64,000 bases of DNA from the human T2T-CHM13v2.0 reference genome, Homo sapiens (GCF_009914755.1 NC_060938.1), one strand, 5' to 3'; positions 45,969-60,802 are shown, counted from the stretch's first letter. Notes: a model not told the origin generated them from the letters alone. Numbers and translations are program-made.

Positions 45969-46213
45969 TTTTTCCTTTTGAGAAAGGGTCTTACTCTATC
46001 ACCCAGGCTGGAGTACAGTGGCATGATCACAGCTCACAGCAGCCTTGACCTCTCAGGCTCAAGTGATAAATTATACAGCTAATTTTTGCACTTTTTGTAG
46101 AGTCGGGTTTCGCCATGTTGCCCAGGCTGGTCTTGAACTCCTGGGCTCAAGCAATCCTCCTGCCTGAAGTTCTGACTGCTGAGATTACAGGCATGAGCCC
46201 CCACACCTACCCT
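45969..46213 (-). mobile_element. Old Alu (AluJ-like)
   Basis: GAGAAAGGGTCTTACTCTATCACCCAGGCTGGAGTACAGTGGCATGATCACAGCTCAC... Confidence 0.75.
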
Positions 46214-46633
46214 AAAGGACATTTTAAAATCATAACTAGAATATCATTATTTTAAACCTAACTAGAATACCATTATAATATCTAATAAATAATTCCCTAA
46301 AATCATCCAATTTCCAGTCCATATCCACATATCCCCATTTATTGCTGGCTTGTTCAAACCAGCATCCAAACATTGCATTTGGCTGTTAGGCTTCAAATGT
46401 CTCTTTTACTCTAAAACAGTCCTAACAATTTTTTTTTTACATAATAGTATGAAGAGAGTAGGCCAGTTGTCCTGTCGAATATTAATTTGTATTTTTCATA
46501 CTATGTGAGCCTGAATATCTTTTCCATGCACTTATTTATCAAATGCAAACTGTTTATTAATATCTTTCATCCACTTATCTATAGAGGTTTTGGTTTTAAT
46601 TATGAAAATAAATTTGTTGGTTTCTTCCAGGCT

Positions 46634-46925
46634 TTTTTTGTTTTTGTTTTTCAGACAGAGTCTCGCTCTCGTCACCTAGGCTGGAGTGCAGTGGTGCGAT
46701 CTTGGCTCACTGCAACCTCCGCCTCCCCAGTTCAAGCTTCTCCTGCCTCAGCCTCCTGAGTAGCTAGGATTACAGGCACCCACCACCATGCCCAGCTAAT
46801 TTTGTGCTAGAGAGGGGGTTTCACCATGTTGGCCAGGCTGGTCTCGAACTCCTCACCTCAGGTGATCCGCCTGCCTTGGCCTCCCAAAGAGGTGGGATTA
46901 CAGGCATGAGCCACCGCACCCAGCC
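46634..46925 (-). mobile_element. Alu SINE with TSD GGTTTCTTCCAG
   Basis: flanks ttggtttcttccag|Alu|ggtttcttccagtt. Confidence 0.88.
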
Positions 46926-47264
46926 GGTTTCTTCCAGTTATTGGTGACATGCTTCAGTACTATTTTAGTTACACTTGTTCTGTATTTGACTATAAAGAAG
47001 TTATATCTTCACAATATATTTTCAGTAATTCTCACTCTGACCACCATAATAACTAAAAAAGAAAAAGAATCAATAAAAACTTTAAAAATACATTTTTAAA
47101 AATGTGTGTGGGATGGTAACTACTGTCATGAAACAGAATACATTAGCCTAGTAGATAACAACATAATTTGGAGTCACCCAGATCTGGCCCTGCCTTTTAG
47201 GAACTGTATATTATGAGCTGAATTGTGTCACCTCAAAATGTATATATTTGAAGAACTCTCATTA

Positions 47265-47694
<430 letters not shown>

Positions 47695-47865
47695 AAGGAG
47701 ATTAGGACATAGACGCACAGAGAGGAAAGACAGCATCCATCTACAAGCCAAGGAGAGAGGGAGGCAGGCCTTAGAAGAAATCAGCCATGTCAAGACCTTT
47801 ACCTTGGGCCTCTAGCCGCCAGAATTACGACAATGTATGTAGTTATAGCAGCCCTAGCAATACAC

Positions 47866-48035
47866 TGTGTGATCTTGAATAAATTAAATTTTTCTAAAGC
47901 TCAGTTTCCTCAACTATAAATGGAGATAATAACATATGCCTCATGAGGTTGTTGTGAGAATTAAATAATGTATGTAAAGCTCATAGCATAGTAAGAACTA
48001 AATAAATTCTGGCTATTATTCTTATGAAGATTAAA
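47866..48035 (+). mobile_element. MIR SINE fragment
   Basis: agctcagtttcctcaactataaatggagataataacatatgcctcatgaggttgttgtgagaattaaataatgtatgtaaagctcatagcatagtaagaactaaataaattctggctattattc matches MIR core. Confidence 0.55.
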
Positions 48036-48454
48036 TGAGGTTATGCATGTAAAGCATTAGCTCAGCCTCTAGTACACAAGAAAGTTCTACTAAGTATTAG
48101 CTATTTTTAGTAAATTTTCATTTCATAAAGGCTTATATTTTTCCTATCTCCAAAGTATTTCCTTTTAGACCTAGTCTAATTTATTTGTGTCATAATTAAG
48201 TCAGATGTAACAGGCTTTGTACCGCTGAAACAGGTTAAGCAATCCTATCCAACAACATTTATTGAGCACTTACATTTTGTTAGATTTATTTCCAACTACT
48301 TGATATGCTTTGGTGTTATTGTAAATGCTACCTTATCCAAAAATTTTATTTATAGTTGTTTGAAGCTCTTTTATAAGCATGGAATTTATTTTCACACGCT
48401 ATTTTCTATCAGTCTTGCTAGGCTTTGTATTAAGGTAAAATTTTTATCCTGTAG

Positions 48455-48815
<361 letters not shown>

Positions 48816-49028
48816 AGATACTATGCTATCCTAACAATATGTTTCTAAATGATATTAGTGCCAAAACCAGGATTACCCAGTGATTTTGTTAATACAGGCT
48901 TATTGAATCGGAGGGTCTGGGGTGGGGAATTTGCTTAAGTATGCAGTCCCCATACTCGGTGAATCTCATGAAGCCAAACATTTGGGCGCCCCTCACCTGA
49001 TGTCACCAAGAACCAGAAGACCAATTAG

Positions 49029-49417
<389 letters not shown>

Positions 49418-49449
49418 CCGGTTTCGTTTTGTTTTTTTTTTTTTTTTTT

Positions 49450-49454
49450 CCAAA
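49450..49454 (-). terminator. RPPH1: RNA polymerase III terminator T-run (CCCATT|TTTTG on minus strand)
   Basis: Five T immediately after the H1 RNA 3' end. Confidence 0.8.
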
Positions 49455-49795
49455 AATGGGCGGAGGAGAGTAGTCTGAATTGGGTTATGAGGTCCCCTGC
49501 GGGGTACCTCACCTCAGCCATTGAACTCACTTCGCTGGCCGTGAGTCTGTTCCAAGCTCCGGCAAAGGAGGCATCCGCCGGGCCCCTCCCCGAAGGGCGG
49601 GGTCCACGGCATCTCCTGCCCAGTCTGACCTCGCGCGGAGCCCCGTTCTCTGGGAACTCACCTCCCCGAAGCTCAGGGAGAGCCCTGTTAGGGCCGCCTC
49701 TGGCCCTAGTCTCAGACCTTCCCAAGGGACATGGGAGTGGAGTGACAGGACGCACTCAGCTCGTGGCCCCACTGATGAGCTTCCCTCCGCCCTAT
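49455..49795 (-). ncRNA. RPPH1: RPPH1, RNase P RNA component H1 (341 nt)
   Basis: Reverse complement reads ATAGGGCGGAGGGAAGCTCATCAGTGGGGCCACGAGCTGAGTGCGTCC...CTCCTCCGCCCATT, matching the H1 RNA end to end. Confidence 0.95.
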
Positions 49796-49892
49796 GGGAA
49801 AAGATGGTCTCACACAGAACTTATAAGACTCCCAAATCCAAAGACATTTCACGTTTATGGTGATTTCCCAGAACACATAGCGACATGCAAAT
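49796..49892 (-). promoter_or_regulatory. RPPH1: RPPH1 type-3 pol III promoter: TATA (49821-49827), PSE (about 49833-49858, TCACCATAAACGTGAAATG on minus), Staf/ZNF143 site TTCCCAGAACACATAGCG (49865-49883), octamer ATTTGCAT (49885-49892 minus)
   Basis: Identical to the H1 promoter cassette used in shRNA vectors; element spacing -30, -55, -70 to -97 from +1 at 49795. Confidence 0.9.
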
Positions 49893-50025
49893 ATTGCAGG
49901 GCGCCACTCCCCTGTCCCTCACAGCCATCTTCCTGCCAGGGCGCACGCGCGCTGGGTGTTCCCGCCTAGTGACACTGGGCCCGCGATTCCTTGGAGCGGG
50001 TTGATGACGTCAGCGTTCGAATTCC
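49893..50025 (+). promoter_or_regulatory. PARP2: PARP2 core promoter / 5' UTR with perfect CRE palindrome TGACGTCA at 50005-50012
   Basis: GC-rich, TATA-less; divergent from RPPH1; CRE 14 bp upstream of ATG. Confidence 0.7.
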
Positions 50026-50071
50026 ATGGCGGCGCGGCGGCGACGGAGCACCGGCGGCGGCAGGGCGAGAG
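50026..50071 (+). CDS. PARP2: PARP2 exon 1 CDS (MAARRRRSTGGGRAR+g)
   Basis: ATG at 50026; donor AG|GTTCGG at 50072; ORF track 50026..50283 is read-through into intron. Confidence 0.9.
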
Positions 50072-50930
50072 GTTCGGAGCTCAATATCGCGGGACGGCAT
50101 GCGGGGGGCGGGCAGTCAGAAAGGAACGATGCCACCTACTGTGACCCCCTTCCCCTTCCAGCTCCCTATAACCTGCACTTGGCTACCAAACCAGTTGGGG
50201 TGCTAAATTTTGTAAATTTCGGTTTTCAGAGCTTTGGGGATTACATAATTGTGCATAAAGCCTTGCGGAGCTGTAACAACTAATGTGCCAGTACTGTTGT
50301 TAATACCTAATGTCATCCAATTTACAAAAAGTAATTGTAAGGCACACCATTATTTTATACACAACAAAGGATAAGCACTGAAAATGGTGAACTGTGATTC
50401 ACTGCTTATGTCATCCATTGTAAGATGCATCCCAGTTCCAGAGAGTAAAATGCGAGTCTTAGACCTATTGAGATACGGTATTATGTGTATAATGTTCTTA
50501 AATGCATAGGTGCACCCTATAAATTAGGTTCTATTGTACTTCTCTAGAAGTACAGTATTGTACAATATTCTAATATTGGAGTAAGTGAAGTAGGAAGAGA
50601 TCAAATACTTCTCCAAGTTTCCACAGAGAAAAGCAGCAGAGCTAGGCTCTAAATTAGGCACAGACCCTTGAGCACTTAACTAACCTTTATCCCATATGGC
50701 CTCATGTATGAGGTGGGTATTTGGGGGACATTGGGACACAAGTAAAACAGATAAGCAGGCCTCAATCTATGAGCTTACAAGACTCCTGGGACTCCCTTTT
50801 ATTTTGTTTTATTTCATTTGGCTAGAATAGCAATTTAGGAAGAATTACACAGACTGTTACACAAAAGTAGTGTGGGACAGTTGTTATTGCCTCTGTAAAC
50901 TTAGAAAATTATCTTAAACCGGCGGGGTGA

Positions 50931-51212
<282 letters not shown>

Positions 51213-51314
51213 GAAAATTATCTTAAACCATTTCTTTAAAAGATTTTTTTCAATCTTTAAAATCTACACGTATTCGGGTGTGTACTCATTCTTTGCTAAT
51301 TTCCAAATTCTGTA

Positions 51315-51510
51315 GCATTAAATGAAAGCAAAAGAGTTAATAATGGCAACACGGCTCCAGAAGACTCTTCCCCTGCCAAGAAAACTCGTAGATGCCAGAG
51401 ACAGGAGTCGAAAAAGATGCCTGTGGCTGGAGGAAAAGCTAATAAGGACAGGACAGAAGACAAGCAAGATGGTATGCCAGGAAGGTCATGGGCCAGCAAA
51501 AGGGTCTCTG
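51315..51510 (+). CDS. PARP2: PARP2 exon 2 (ALNESKRVNNGNTAPEDSSPAKKTRRCQRQESKKMPVAGGKANKDRTEDKQD[GMPGRSWASKRVS]); alternative donor at 51471 gives the short isoform
   Basis: Acceptor ctgtAG at 51313-14; two GT donors 39 nt apart (51472 GTATGC; 51511 GTAGGA), both keeping frame. Confidence 0.88.
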
Positions 51511-51775
51511 GTAGGAGTGGATCTGGGGATGATATCTTGTTATTTCAACTCCTATTTCGTCCTTCTTTCAGGGAATAATTAATTTCTCTATCCTTTGGGC
51601 ATACCACAGCACTAATCTACTGCCTTGAATCTTCATTTTCATGTATTTGAGATGGATTGGGGTCTAAGGAAAGACCAGGATTGGTTGGGCGGGCAAAGTT
51701 AATCCTGACAAGTTTCTGTTTTACCACAACAGCTGTTTTTGATTCCCATAAAGTAGTACCTATCTGTCTTTCCTC

Positions 51776-51846
51776 AGAATCTGTGAAGGCCTTGCTGTTA
51801 AAGGGCAAAGCTCCTGTGGACCCAGAGTGTACAGCCAAGGTGGGGA
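51776..51846 (+). CDS. PARP2: PARP2 exon 3 (ESVKALLLKGKAPVDPECTAKVGK)
   Basis: Acceptor tttcctcAG, donor GTAAGAGA; in ORF track 51657..51935. Confidence 0.9.
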
Positions 51847-52228
51847 AGGTAAGAGACTCTGGAACCGATCTTCAGTCCATGGATATCTCAGAGAGCATCC
51901 TTTGTTATAAGGACTCCTGTCTGGGATGCTGTTAGTACTCATTTTAGGAATCCTCTCCAAAATATGATGAGTGAGTAGTTTTCTCTAATGGCAAGAGATA
52001 GGAGTGGTAGGGCTTGGGGTTAATAATCAGGGTGTTTTTTAACATGGTGTGTTAGACCATTCTTGCATTGCTGTAAAGAAATACCTGAGACTAGGTATTT
52101 TATAAGAAAAGAGGTTCCTAGAGGCTGTACAGGAAGCATAGCAGTATCTGCTCCTCAGGAGACCTTAGGAAGCTTTTACTCATGGCAGAAGGTGAAGCGG
52201 GAATAGGCACGTCACATGGCAAAAGCAG

Positions 52229-52310
52229 GGGAGAGAGAGAGAGACAGAGAGAAAGGGAGAGAGAGAGATTGGAGAAGGTGTCACAGAGAGAGAAAGAGAG
52301 AATGGGGAGG
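52229..52310. repeat. (GA)n-rich purine tract in PARP2 intron 2
   Basis: gggagagagagagagacagagagaaagggagagagagagattggagaaggtgtcacagagagagaaagagag. Confidence 0.85.
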
Positions 52311-52705
52311 TGTCACACGCTTTTAAACTACCAAATCTTGTGTGAATTCACTCACTATCAAGAGGACAGCAGCAAGACAGTGGTGCTAAACCATTCATGA
52401 GAAATCCACTTCCATGATTGAATCACTTCCCACCAGGCCCCACCTCCAGTACTGAGGATTACAATTCAGCATGAGATTTGGAAGGAGACAAATATACAAA
52501 CTGTATCACATGCGTACCTTTTGTGGTTGCCATCAGCCTTCTACACCTCATTCTCTTTTTAAACCAGAAAATGGTATCATTGTTAAGGGAAAACTGTTTT
52601 CTTGTTCTAATGAGAAACTGTACCCTGGAATGGCATGAGTTACTGATGAATGGGGAAAAAAGAAGGCTACCTCTGGAATAAGTTTTCTTTAACTCAGTTA
52701 GAATC

Positions 52706-53037
<332 letters not shown>

Positions 53038-53247
53038 TAGTTAAAAAAAAGGAAGCATGTTTTCATTTATAGTAAGGTTACACCCAGGTTACTGGTAGAA
53101 CATAGGTTTGCAATTCTTTCCTTGGGAGATGAATGTTGATGTTGCTGTAGAATGATGACTTGAGCCATAAGAAAATTTAGAGCCTCATTTAGGATGTCAG
53201 GGCTGAACCTATACTAATGTTGATTTTTTCTCTCTCTCTCTTTCTAG

Positions 53248-53298
53248 GCTCATGTGTATTGTGAAGGAAATGATGTCTATGATGTCATGCTAAATCAG
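53248..53298 (+). CDS. PARP2: PARP2 exon 4 (AHVYCEGNDVYDVMLNQ)
   Basis: Acceptor tctttctAG, donor GTAAGAGG; 51 nt. Confidence 0.9.
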
Positions 53299-53389
53299 GT
53301 AAGAGGCAAGAAGAGGTGGCACCATTATATTTATGAGACCATCTTCTTGATAATTATTGATGATAGCATCACAGTGTTCAGATCTTTAA

Positions 53390-54090
<701 letters not shown>

Positions 54091-54261
54091 CAAGTCCTTT
54101 ATATTAATATTAGCCATTAGTGGTTAAACACCTGAGTACTCAGCCCTAGCACACTCTTATCAGATAGCAGAGTCCTCTGTGAGAAGATTTTTTTTTGCAA
54201 ATTTCATATCATTTATTGAAATTGTTAACTCTCTGTTCATATCCTTTTGCACATCTTTTTT

Positions 54262-54556
54262 TTTTTTTTAAACAGACAGGATCTTGTTCTGTCACCCAGG
54301 CTGGAGTGCAGTTTGTACAGTCATAGCCCACTGCAACCTTGAACTTCTGGGCTCCAGCAATCCTCCCACCTAAGCTTCCTGAGTAGCTCGGACTTCAGGC
54401 GCATGCCACAAAGCCTGACTAATTTTTAAATTTTTTATGGAGATGAGAATCTCGCTATGTTGGATAGGTGGTCTTGAATTCTTGGCCTCAAATGATCCTC
54501 CTGCCTTGTCCTCATGAGGCACTGGGATTACAGGGATGAGCCACTGGGACAAGCTG
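54262..54556 (-). mobile_element. Old Alu (AluJ-like)
   Basis: ACAGACAGGATCTTGTTCTGTCACCCAGGCTGGAGTGCAGTTTGTACAGTCATAGCCCACTGCAACC... Confidence 0.75.
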
Positions 54557-54780
54557 TTTTGCACATTTTCTAAAGTTATTGGTCCTTTTCTTACTGGTTT
54601 CGAGGAACTTTATATAATATGGAGAATAGCCTTTTGTCTGTAATACAAACCACTTGTGTTTTCCAGATTTGTCATTTACCTTTTGGTTTTCCTTATAGTA
54701 CACTTTTTGCCCATATTGAAGTTTTAAATTTTTTCTGTAGTTAAATTTATTAATTTTTCCTTTTTAAAAAATTTTGGGTT

Positions 54781-54912
54781 TTTTTTTTTTTAATTTTAGA
54801 GACAGTGTCTTGCTATGTTGCTCAGGCTGGCCTTGAACTTGTGACCTCGTGTGATCCTCCAACCTCAGCCTCCCAAGTAGCTGGGACTACAGGCATCTGC
54901 CCCCAAGCTCAG
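54781..54912 (-). mobile_element. Alu monomer fragment
   Basis: TTTTAGAGACAGTGTCTTGCTATGTTGCTCAGGCTGGCCTTGAACTTGTGACCTCGTGTGATCC. Confidence 0.7.
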
Positions 54913-55120
54913 CTTTCTTTTTAATCAACCTTTTTCTCTTGTTTACCTTTGTGGTTTTGAGTAGATAATACATTTGCCTCATTAATATATTTCCTGGATA
55001 TGACTTCATGTTTGAATTTATTGATCCAACATATATAATTTTAACAACCAATTAGTATTTATTTCTTACTATTTCTTCTACTTAAAATACCACGAGCAGA
55101 TAGAAAATACCTTAAGGTTA

Positions 55121-55725
<605 letters not shown>

Positions 55726-55770
55726 AAAAACATTTACAAAAAAATTTTTTAAAGGAAAAGAAAATATCAA

Positions 55771-56058
55771 GCTGGGCATGGTGGCTTATGCCTAAAATCC
55801 CAGCACTTTGGGAGGCCAAGGCGGGCAGATCACTTGAGTTAGGGGTTCAAGACCAGCCTTGCCAACATGTTGAAACTCCATGTCTACTAAAAATACAAAA
55901 AAAATTAGTCTGGCATGGTGGCGTGTGCCTGTAATCCCAGCTACTAGGGAGGCTGAGGCACAAGAAATTGCTTGAACCTAGGACACAGAGGTGGCAATGA
56001 GCGGAGATCGCACCACTGCACTCCAGCCTGGGCGACAGAGCAAGACTCTGTCTCAAAA
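55771..56058 (+). mobile_element. Alu SINE
   Basis: AAGCTGGGCATGGTGGCTTATGCC... Confidence 0.8.
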
Positions 56059-56906
56059 AAAGAAAATATCTTAGGCTCCTTTTTGTTCTAACATCTAATG
56101 ACCTTTTTTTTTTCACCAGTGGGCTAAGGTCGTATAATGGCTTTAGAATGTGAGCAAGCAGGAGATAGAGGTAGGAAGGGGCAGCATGCTTAACAAAAAA
56201 GAATGCCTCCATATCCAGGGCTCGGCCATACAACACCAGCTGCTATGCCTTATCATGGACTTCTCTCTCTTCACTCTGAGTGATTTACTTACAGATACCT
56301 CTTTTTAGATACTGGCCATATTCTCTCTCAGTATCTCCAAGTCAGGTCAGGTTAGGTATGGGACGGATGTGGCAGTGGTTTTGCGTATCCCTTGTCCCCT
56401 CCCATTATTGCCCTGCTCTCAGCTCATTGTCAAATTTCTGCAGCTGACAAACAAAAGCTGTGAGTAGAACTGTCAAGGAGTAAGTCATTTAACAGTTGAG
56501 CATAACAGGTTTAGACCTTTGGAGCATCCAAATTGTTTTCATTTGGGAAATAATTATTGGGAGTGGATTGGGAGCTGGAAAACACATATAGCTTAGAAAA
56601 TATCTAAATAGGGAGCTGAGGCAGGAAAAAACTGGAGGAGCCATTCAATGTAGGATATTTGAGGTTGGATAGAGGGTTTTAGGAAGCTTCTAGGCTCCCA
56701 CTTTAATTCCTAAGAATCCAAAGTTTAATGTATAAGCCCTATTTCTTCTTTATATCTTTAATCTTACAGGAATCTAATTTTCTTGCCTGATGCTATCCTT
56801 TTCCTTATGGAAATAACTGGCACCTGTGACGAAGGATGAGTCATTGGTTTATGTGATTTCCATTTGCAAAACTCCTTTTTTTTGTTTTTGTTTTCACTCA
56901 ACATAG

Positions 56907-57003
56907 ACCAATCTCCAGTTCAACAACAACAAGTACTATCTGATTCAGCTATTAGAAGATGATGCCCAGAGGAACTTCAGTGTTTGGATGAGATGGGGCC
57001 GAG
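56907..57003 (+). CDS. PARP2: PARP2 exon 5 (TNLQFNNNKYYLIQLLEDDAQRNFSVWMRWGR+g), start of the WGR domain
   Basis: Acceptor caacatAG, donor GTAATGAT. Confidence 0.9.
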
Positions 57004-57427
57004 GTAATGATTTTTATTGAGATTTTATGAGTTGGCATTCAGAAAGTCAGAAGCAGCTTAGTGGGTGGCCAAAGGATTCTCTGGGTTTAAATTGGGTCAG
57101 TAGAGGCTCTGAAGTCTGGGAGAGCCTTAGGAATCAAGTTGAGCATCTTGAAATTGGGGAATGGCAGGCATCCTCCTTAGAGTTCCCACTGGAAAAACTA
57201 AGAGCAGCCCATTGAGTCTGAAAACTCTTCTATAGTTGAACTGCTAGTAGTGCTCATAGACTATGGCAGTTAGCAAGTAACTTGTATCAACATGATTAGT
57301 TCCCTAAATCCTTTCACCTTTCCCTTCTCCCTTTCCTGCCTGTTTGTCAGATGTTAAGCAGAGAGATCTTGGAGAGCTGGCCTGTTACTCTTAGGGAACT
57401 ATCTTATGTGTGGCATTTCCTTTGCAG

Positions 57428-57503
57428 TTGGGAAAATGGGACAGCACAGCCTGGTGGCTTGTTCAGGCAATCTCAACAAGGCCAAGGAAATCTTTCAGAA
57501 GAA
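57428..57503 (+). CDS. PARP2: PARP2 exon 6 (VGKMGQHSLVACSGNLNKAKEIFQK+aa)
   Basis: Acceptor cctttgcAG, donor GTGAGTGC. Confidence 0.9.
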
Positions 57504-57576
57504 GTGAGTGCTGAAAAGTGACTACAAAAAAATATACCCTCCTCTTCTTAGATGTATATTCTCTAAAAAATTTTTT

Positions 57577-57858
57577 TTTAGACAGTTTCACTCTTGTTGC
57601 CCAGGCTGGAGTGCAATGGCATGATCTGAGCTCACTGCAACCTCCACCTCCTGGGTTTAAGTGATTCTCCTGCCTCAGCCTCCCTAGTAGCTGGGATTAC
57701 AGGCGCCCACCACCACGCCCAGCTAATTTTTGTATTTTTAATAGAGATGGGGTTTCGCCATGTTGGCCAGGCTGGTCTCGAACCCCTGACCTCAGGTGAT
57801 CCGCCTGCCTCAGCCTCCCAAAGTGCGGGATTACAGGCGTGAGCCACCGTGCCCTGCC
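57577..57858 (-). mobile_element. Alu SINE in PARP2 intron 6
   Basis: poly-T start; ends GCGTGAGCCACCGTGCCCTGCC. Confidence 0.85.
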
Positions 57859-58112
57859 TTCTCTAAGAATTTTATAAGTGTGTGGCTTATAAAAAACTTT
57901 TCGTTTTATAGGTGTGATTTGGCCTAAATGTTAATGTCTTTTCACCCTGATATTCTGTGGTTGAAACACCAAACTGCATCCTTAGTGATTAAATCAAACT
58001 AATACCTTGAAAGTCACTAAAAACAGAAGAATCTAATATATTTAACACATGACTGACAAATTTAGGAAATTTGGGATAAGTGGAGACTATCCTGGGATAG
58101 ATAATATTCAAC

Positions 58113-58250
58113 TAGGGGCTGAGCACGGTGGCTCATGCCTGTAATCCCAGCACTTTGGGAGGTTGAGGCAGGAGGACTGCTTGAAGCTAGGAGTTTGAGA
58201 CCAGCCTGGGCAACAAAGCGAGACCCCTGACTCTCCCCCAAAAAAAAGGA
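58113..58250 (+). mobile_element. Free left Alu monomer (FLAM-like)
   Basis: GGGGCTGAGCACGGTGGCTCATGCC...GCCTGGGCAACAAAGCGAGACCCC then A-rich. Confidence 0.7.
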
Positions 58251-58626
58251 AAGAAAAAAAGAATATTCAGTTAGAATTTTTAAAACTTTATGATATAGAT
58301 GAAGAACTTTCTGGAGAATTGGAGAACATGTTTCTTTCAGGGAAAGAGATTAGATGGATATCTTTTGTTTGAAATCTCAATGGCTTTTGTGGTGTTTGGG
58401 AAGGACAAGCATTGTTTTTCCCATTTTTTAAATTCCATTTGTCTCCAGAGCTTTTTTGTCCATTTAGTGTCCTCATTTAGAATTAGACTAATTTTGATTT
58501 ATGGAAAGTTGATGTGTAAAGGAGCTCAGTGCTGGAAAATAAATTCTTTGGAGATTTTCTGTCTTGTAAGTCCATCTTCATAGTAGACCTTTATTTGTAA
58601 AGTTTTCTTACACCTTGGACTCTACA

Positions 58627-58729
58627 GATTCCTTGACAAAACGAAAAACAATTGGGAAGATCGAGAAAAGTTTGAGAAGGTGCCTGGAAAATATGATATG
58701 CTACAGATGGACTATGCCACCAATACTCA
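58627..58729 (+). CDS. PARP2: PARP2 exon 7 ([35 protein letters not shown])
   Basis: Acceptor ctctacAG, donor GTAACTCT. Confidence 0.9.
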
Positions 58730-58777
58730 GGTAACTCTCACTATACTTTTCGAAAGAAACGCATCTTCTTTTTTTAT

Positions 58778-59080
58778 TTTATTTTTTAGAGGCAAAACTG
58801 TGCTCTGTTGCCCAGGCTGGGTGGCACAATCATGGCTCACTGCAGCCTCAAGATCCTCAGGCTCAAGTGATCCTCCCACCTCAGCCTCCTCAGTATCAGG
58901 AACTACAGGCACGTGCCACTCTGCCCAGCTGATTTTTTTTCTTTTTTTTTTTTTTTTTTTTTGTAAAGATGAGGTTTCACTATGTTGCCCAGGCTGGTCT
59001 CGAATTCCTGGGCTCAAGCAGTCCTCTTGTCTTGGCCTCCCAAAGTCCTGAGATTACAAGCATGAGGCACCACACCTACT
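58778..59080 (-). mobile_element. Old Alu in PARP2 intron 7
   Basis: GAGGCAAAACTGTGCTCTGTTGCCCAGGCTGGGTGGCACAATCATGGCTCACTGCAGCCTC... Confidence 0.75.
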
Positions 59081-59270
59081 CCTGTTTCTTCTTACTCAGG
59101 GTAAAGCAGAATAGCTTAGATCATTCCTAGACTGGGACAGGCCAGGATATCTTGAATCCTTTCTACTTCTCACCTCAGGGGTGCTCTCACTGATCTTTGT
59201 AATCCCAAAGGGACAGTAAGAATGAGGATAGAATGTGCCTTTCTAGTCTCGGCTCTGTTATTTACTAAGG

Positions 59271-59594
<324 letters not shown>

Positions 59595-59621
59595 TAGGCC
59601 CTATTTCCAGACGTTTATTGT

Positions 59622-59933
59622 TTTTCGTTTTTTTGTTTTTGTTTTTTTTTGATACGGAGTCTCGCTCTGTCGCCCAGGCTGGAGTGCAGTGGCGCGATCT
59701 CGGCTCACTGCACGCTCCGCCTCTGGGTTCACGCCATTCTCCTGCCTCAGCCTCCGGAGTAGCTGGGACTACAGGCGCCCGCCACCACGCCCGGCTAATT
59801 TTTTTTTGTATTTTTAGTAGAGACGGGGTTTCACCATGTTAGCCAGGATGGTCTCGATCTCCTGACATCATGATCCGCCCGTCTTGGCCTCCCAAAGTGC
59901 TGGGATTACAAGCGTGAGCCACTGCGGCTGGCA
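59622..59933 (-). mobile_element. AluY SINE
   Basis: GATACGGAGTCTCGCTCTGTCGCCCAGGCTGGAGTGCAGTGGCGCGATCTCGGCTCACTGCA...GTTAGCCAGGATGGTCTCGATCTCCTGAC. Confidence 0.88.
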
Positions 59934-60475
59934 CCAGAAGTTTATTGTTATGGACCAAGAGAGGAGTGATAAAAAATCAAACTGATTAAACAATTAACAT
60001 TTAAATTTGTTTTCACTTCTGGATATATACCACCATAAAAAATTTAATTTAGATAAACTGAGGTATACCAGGATGCTGAAACTGTCCGGAAACAGTCACA
60101 TATCCAAAAAAATGGAGAAGTTTTAGTCTTTTTTAAGATGGGAAGATCTGAGACATAATAGCTGTCTTTACACACTGACGTCATGAGGAAAGCCTTTTTT
60201 TTCTAGACTTATTCTGAGTTGTAAAATGTGGGAGGCAGAACTTGGATGGTCAACCCTCTATATCCATGGATTCAATGAACTGAGAATCAAAAATGTTTGA
60301 AAAATTGCTTCTGTACTGAACCTGTACAGCCTTTTTTTCCTTGCTTGTCATTATTCCCTAGACAGTGCAATATAAAAACTTTACAAAGCATTTACATTGT
60401 ATAATATTGGGTGTTATAAGGAATCTAGAGATGATTTCTTAGATTGTCTTGTGTTTTGTTTGTTTTTTGCTATAG

Positions 60476-60638
60476 GATGAAGAGGAAACAAAGAAAGAGG
60501 AATCTCTTAAATCTCCCTTGAAGCCAGAGTCACAGCTAGATCTTCGGGTACAGGAGTTAATAAAGTTGATCTGTAATGTTCAGGCCATGGAAGAAATGAT
60601 GATGGAAATGAAGTATAATACCAAGAAAGCCCCACTTG
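60476..60638 (+). CDS. PARP2: PARP2 exon 8 (DEEETKKEESLKSPLKPESQLDLRVQELIKLICNVQAMEEMMMEMKYNTKKAPL+g)
   Basis: Acceptor ttgctatAG, donor GTAGGACT; ORF track 60518..60721. Confidence 0.9.
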
Positions 60639-60802
60639 GTAGGACTTCACATTTTCTTCTGCATTCTCTCCTTATAATTCCTAGCTCCTTTAATGGATAC
60701 TTTATTATCATTATGATTTAAAGCTTGCTCATAGTACTGAATGAAGAAAATGGGATTTGGGGTGACAGGTTGTATGGAGGGAAGAGGAACTATTTTGAAA
60801 GT

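Larger units (their letters stand above)
49470..50150. promoter_or_regulatory. CpG island spanning the RPPH1 gene body, the shared promoter and PARP2 exon 1
   Basis: High CpG density throughout; GC box GGGGCGGG at about 50107 in PARP2 intron 1. Confidence 0.8.

Noticed and set aside
50011-50025. tRNA T-loop-like GTTCGAATTCC just upstream of the PARP2 ATG
   Set aside because: There is no acceptor or anticodon-stem structure upstream and no B-box/A-box pair. It is a coincidental match inside the PARP2 5' UTR.
50026-50283. 85-aa ORF starting at the PARP2 ATG
   Set aside because: Only the first 46 nt are exon 1. The rest is intron 1 read through past the GT donor at 50072.
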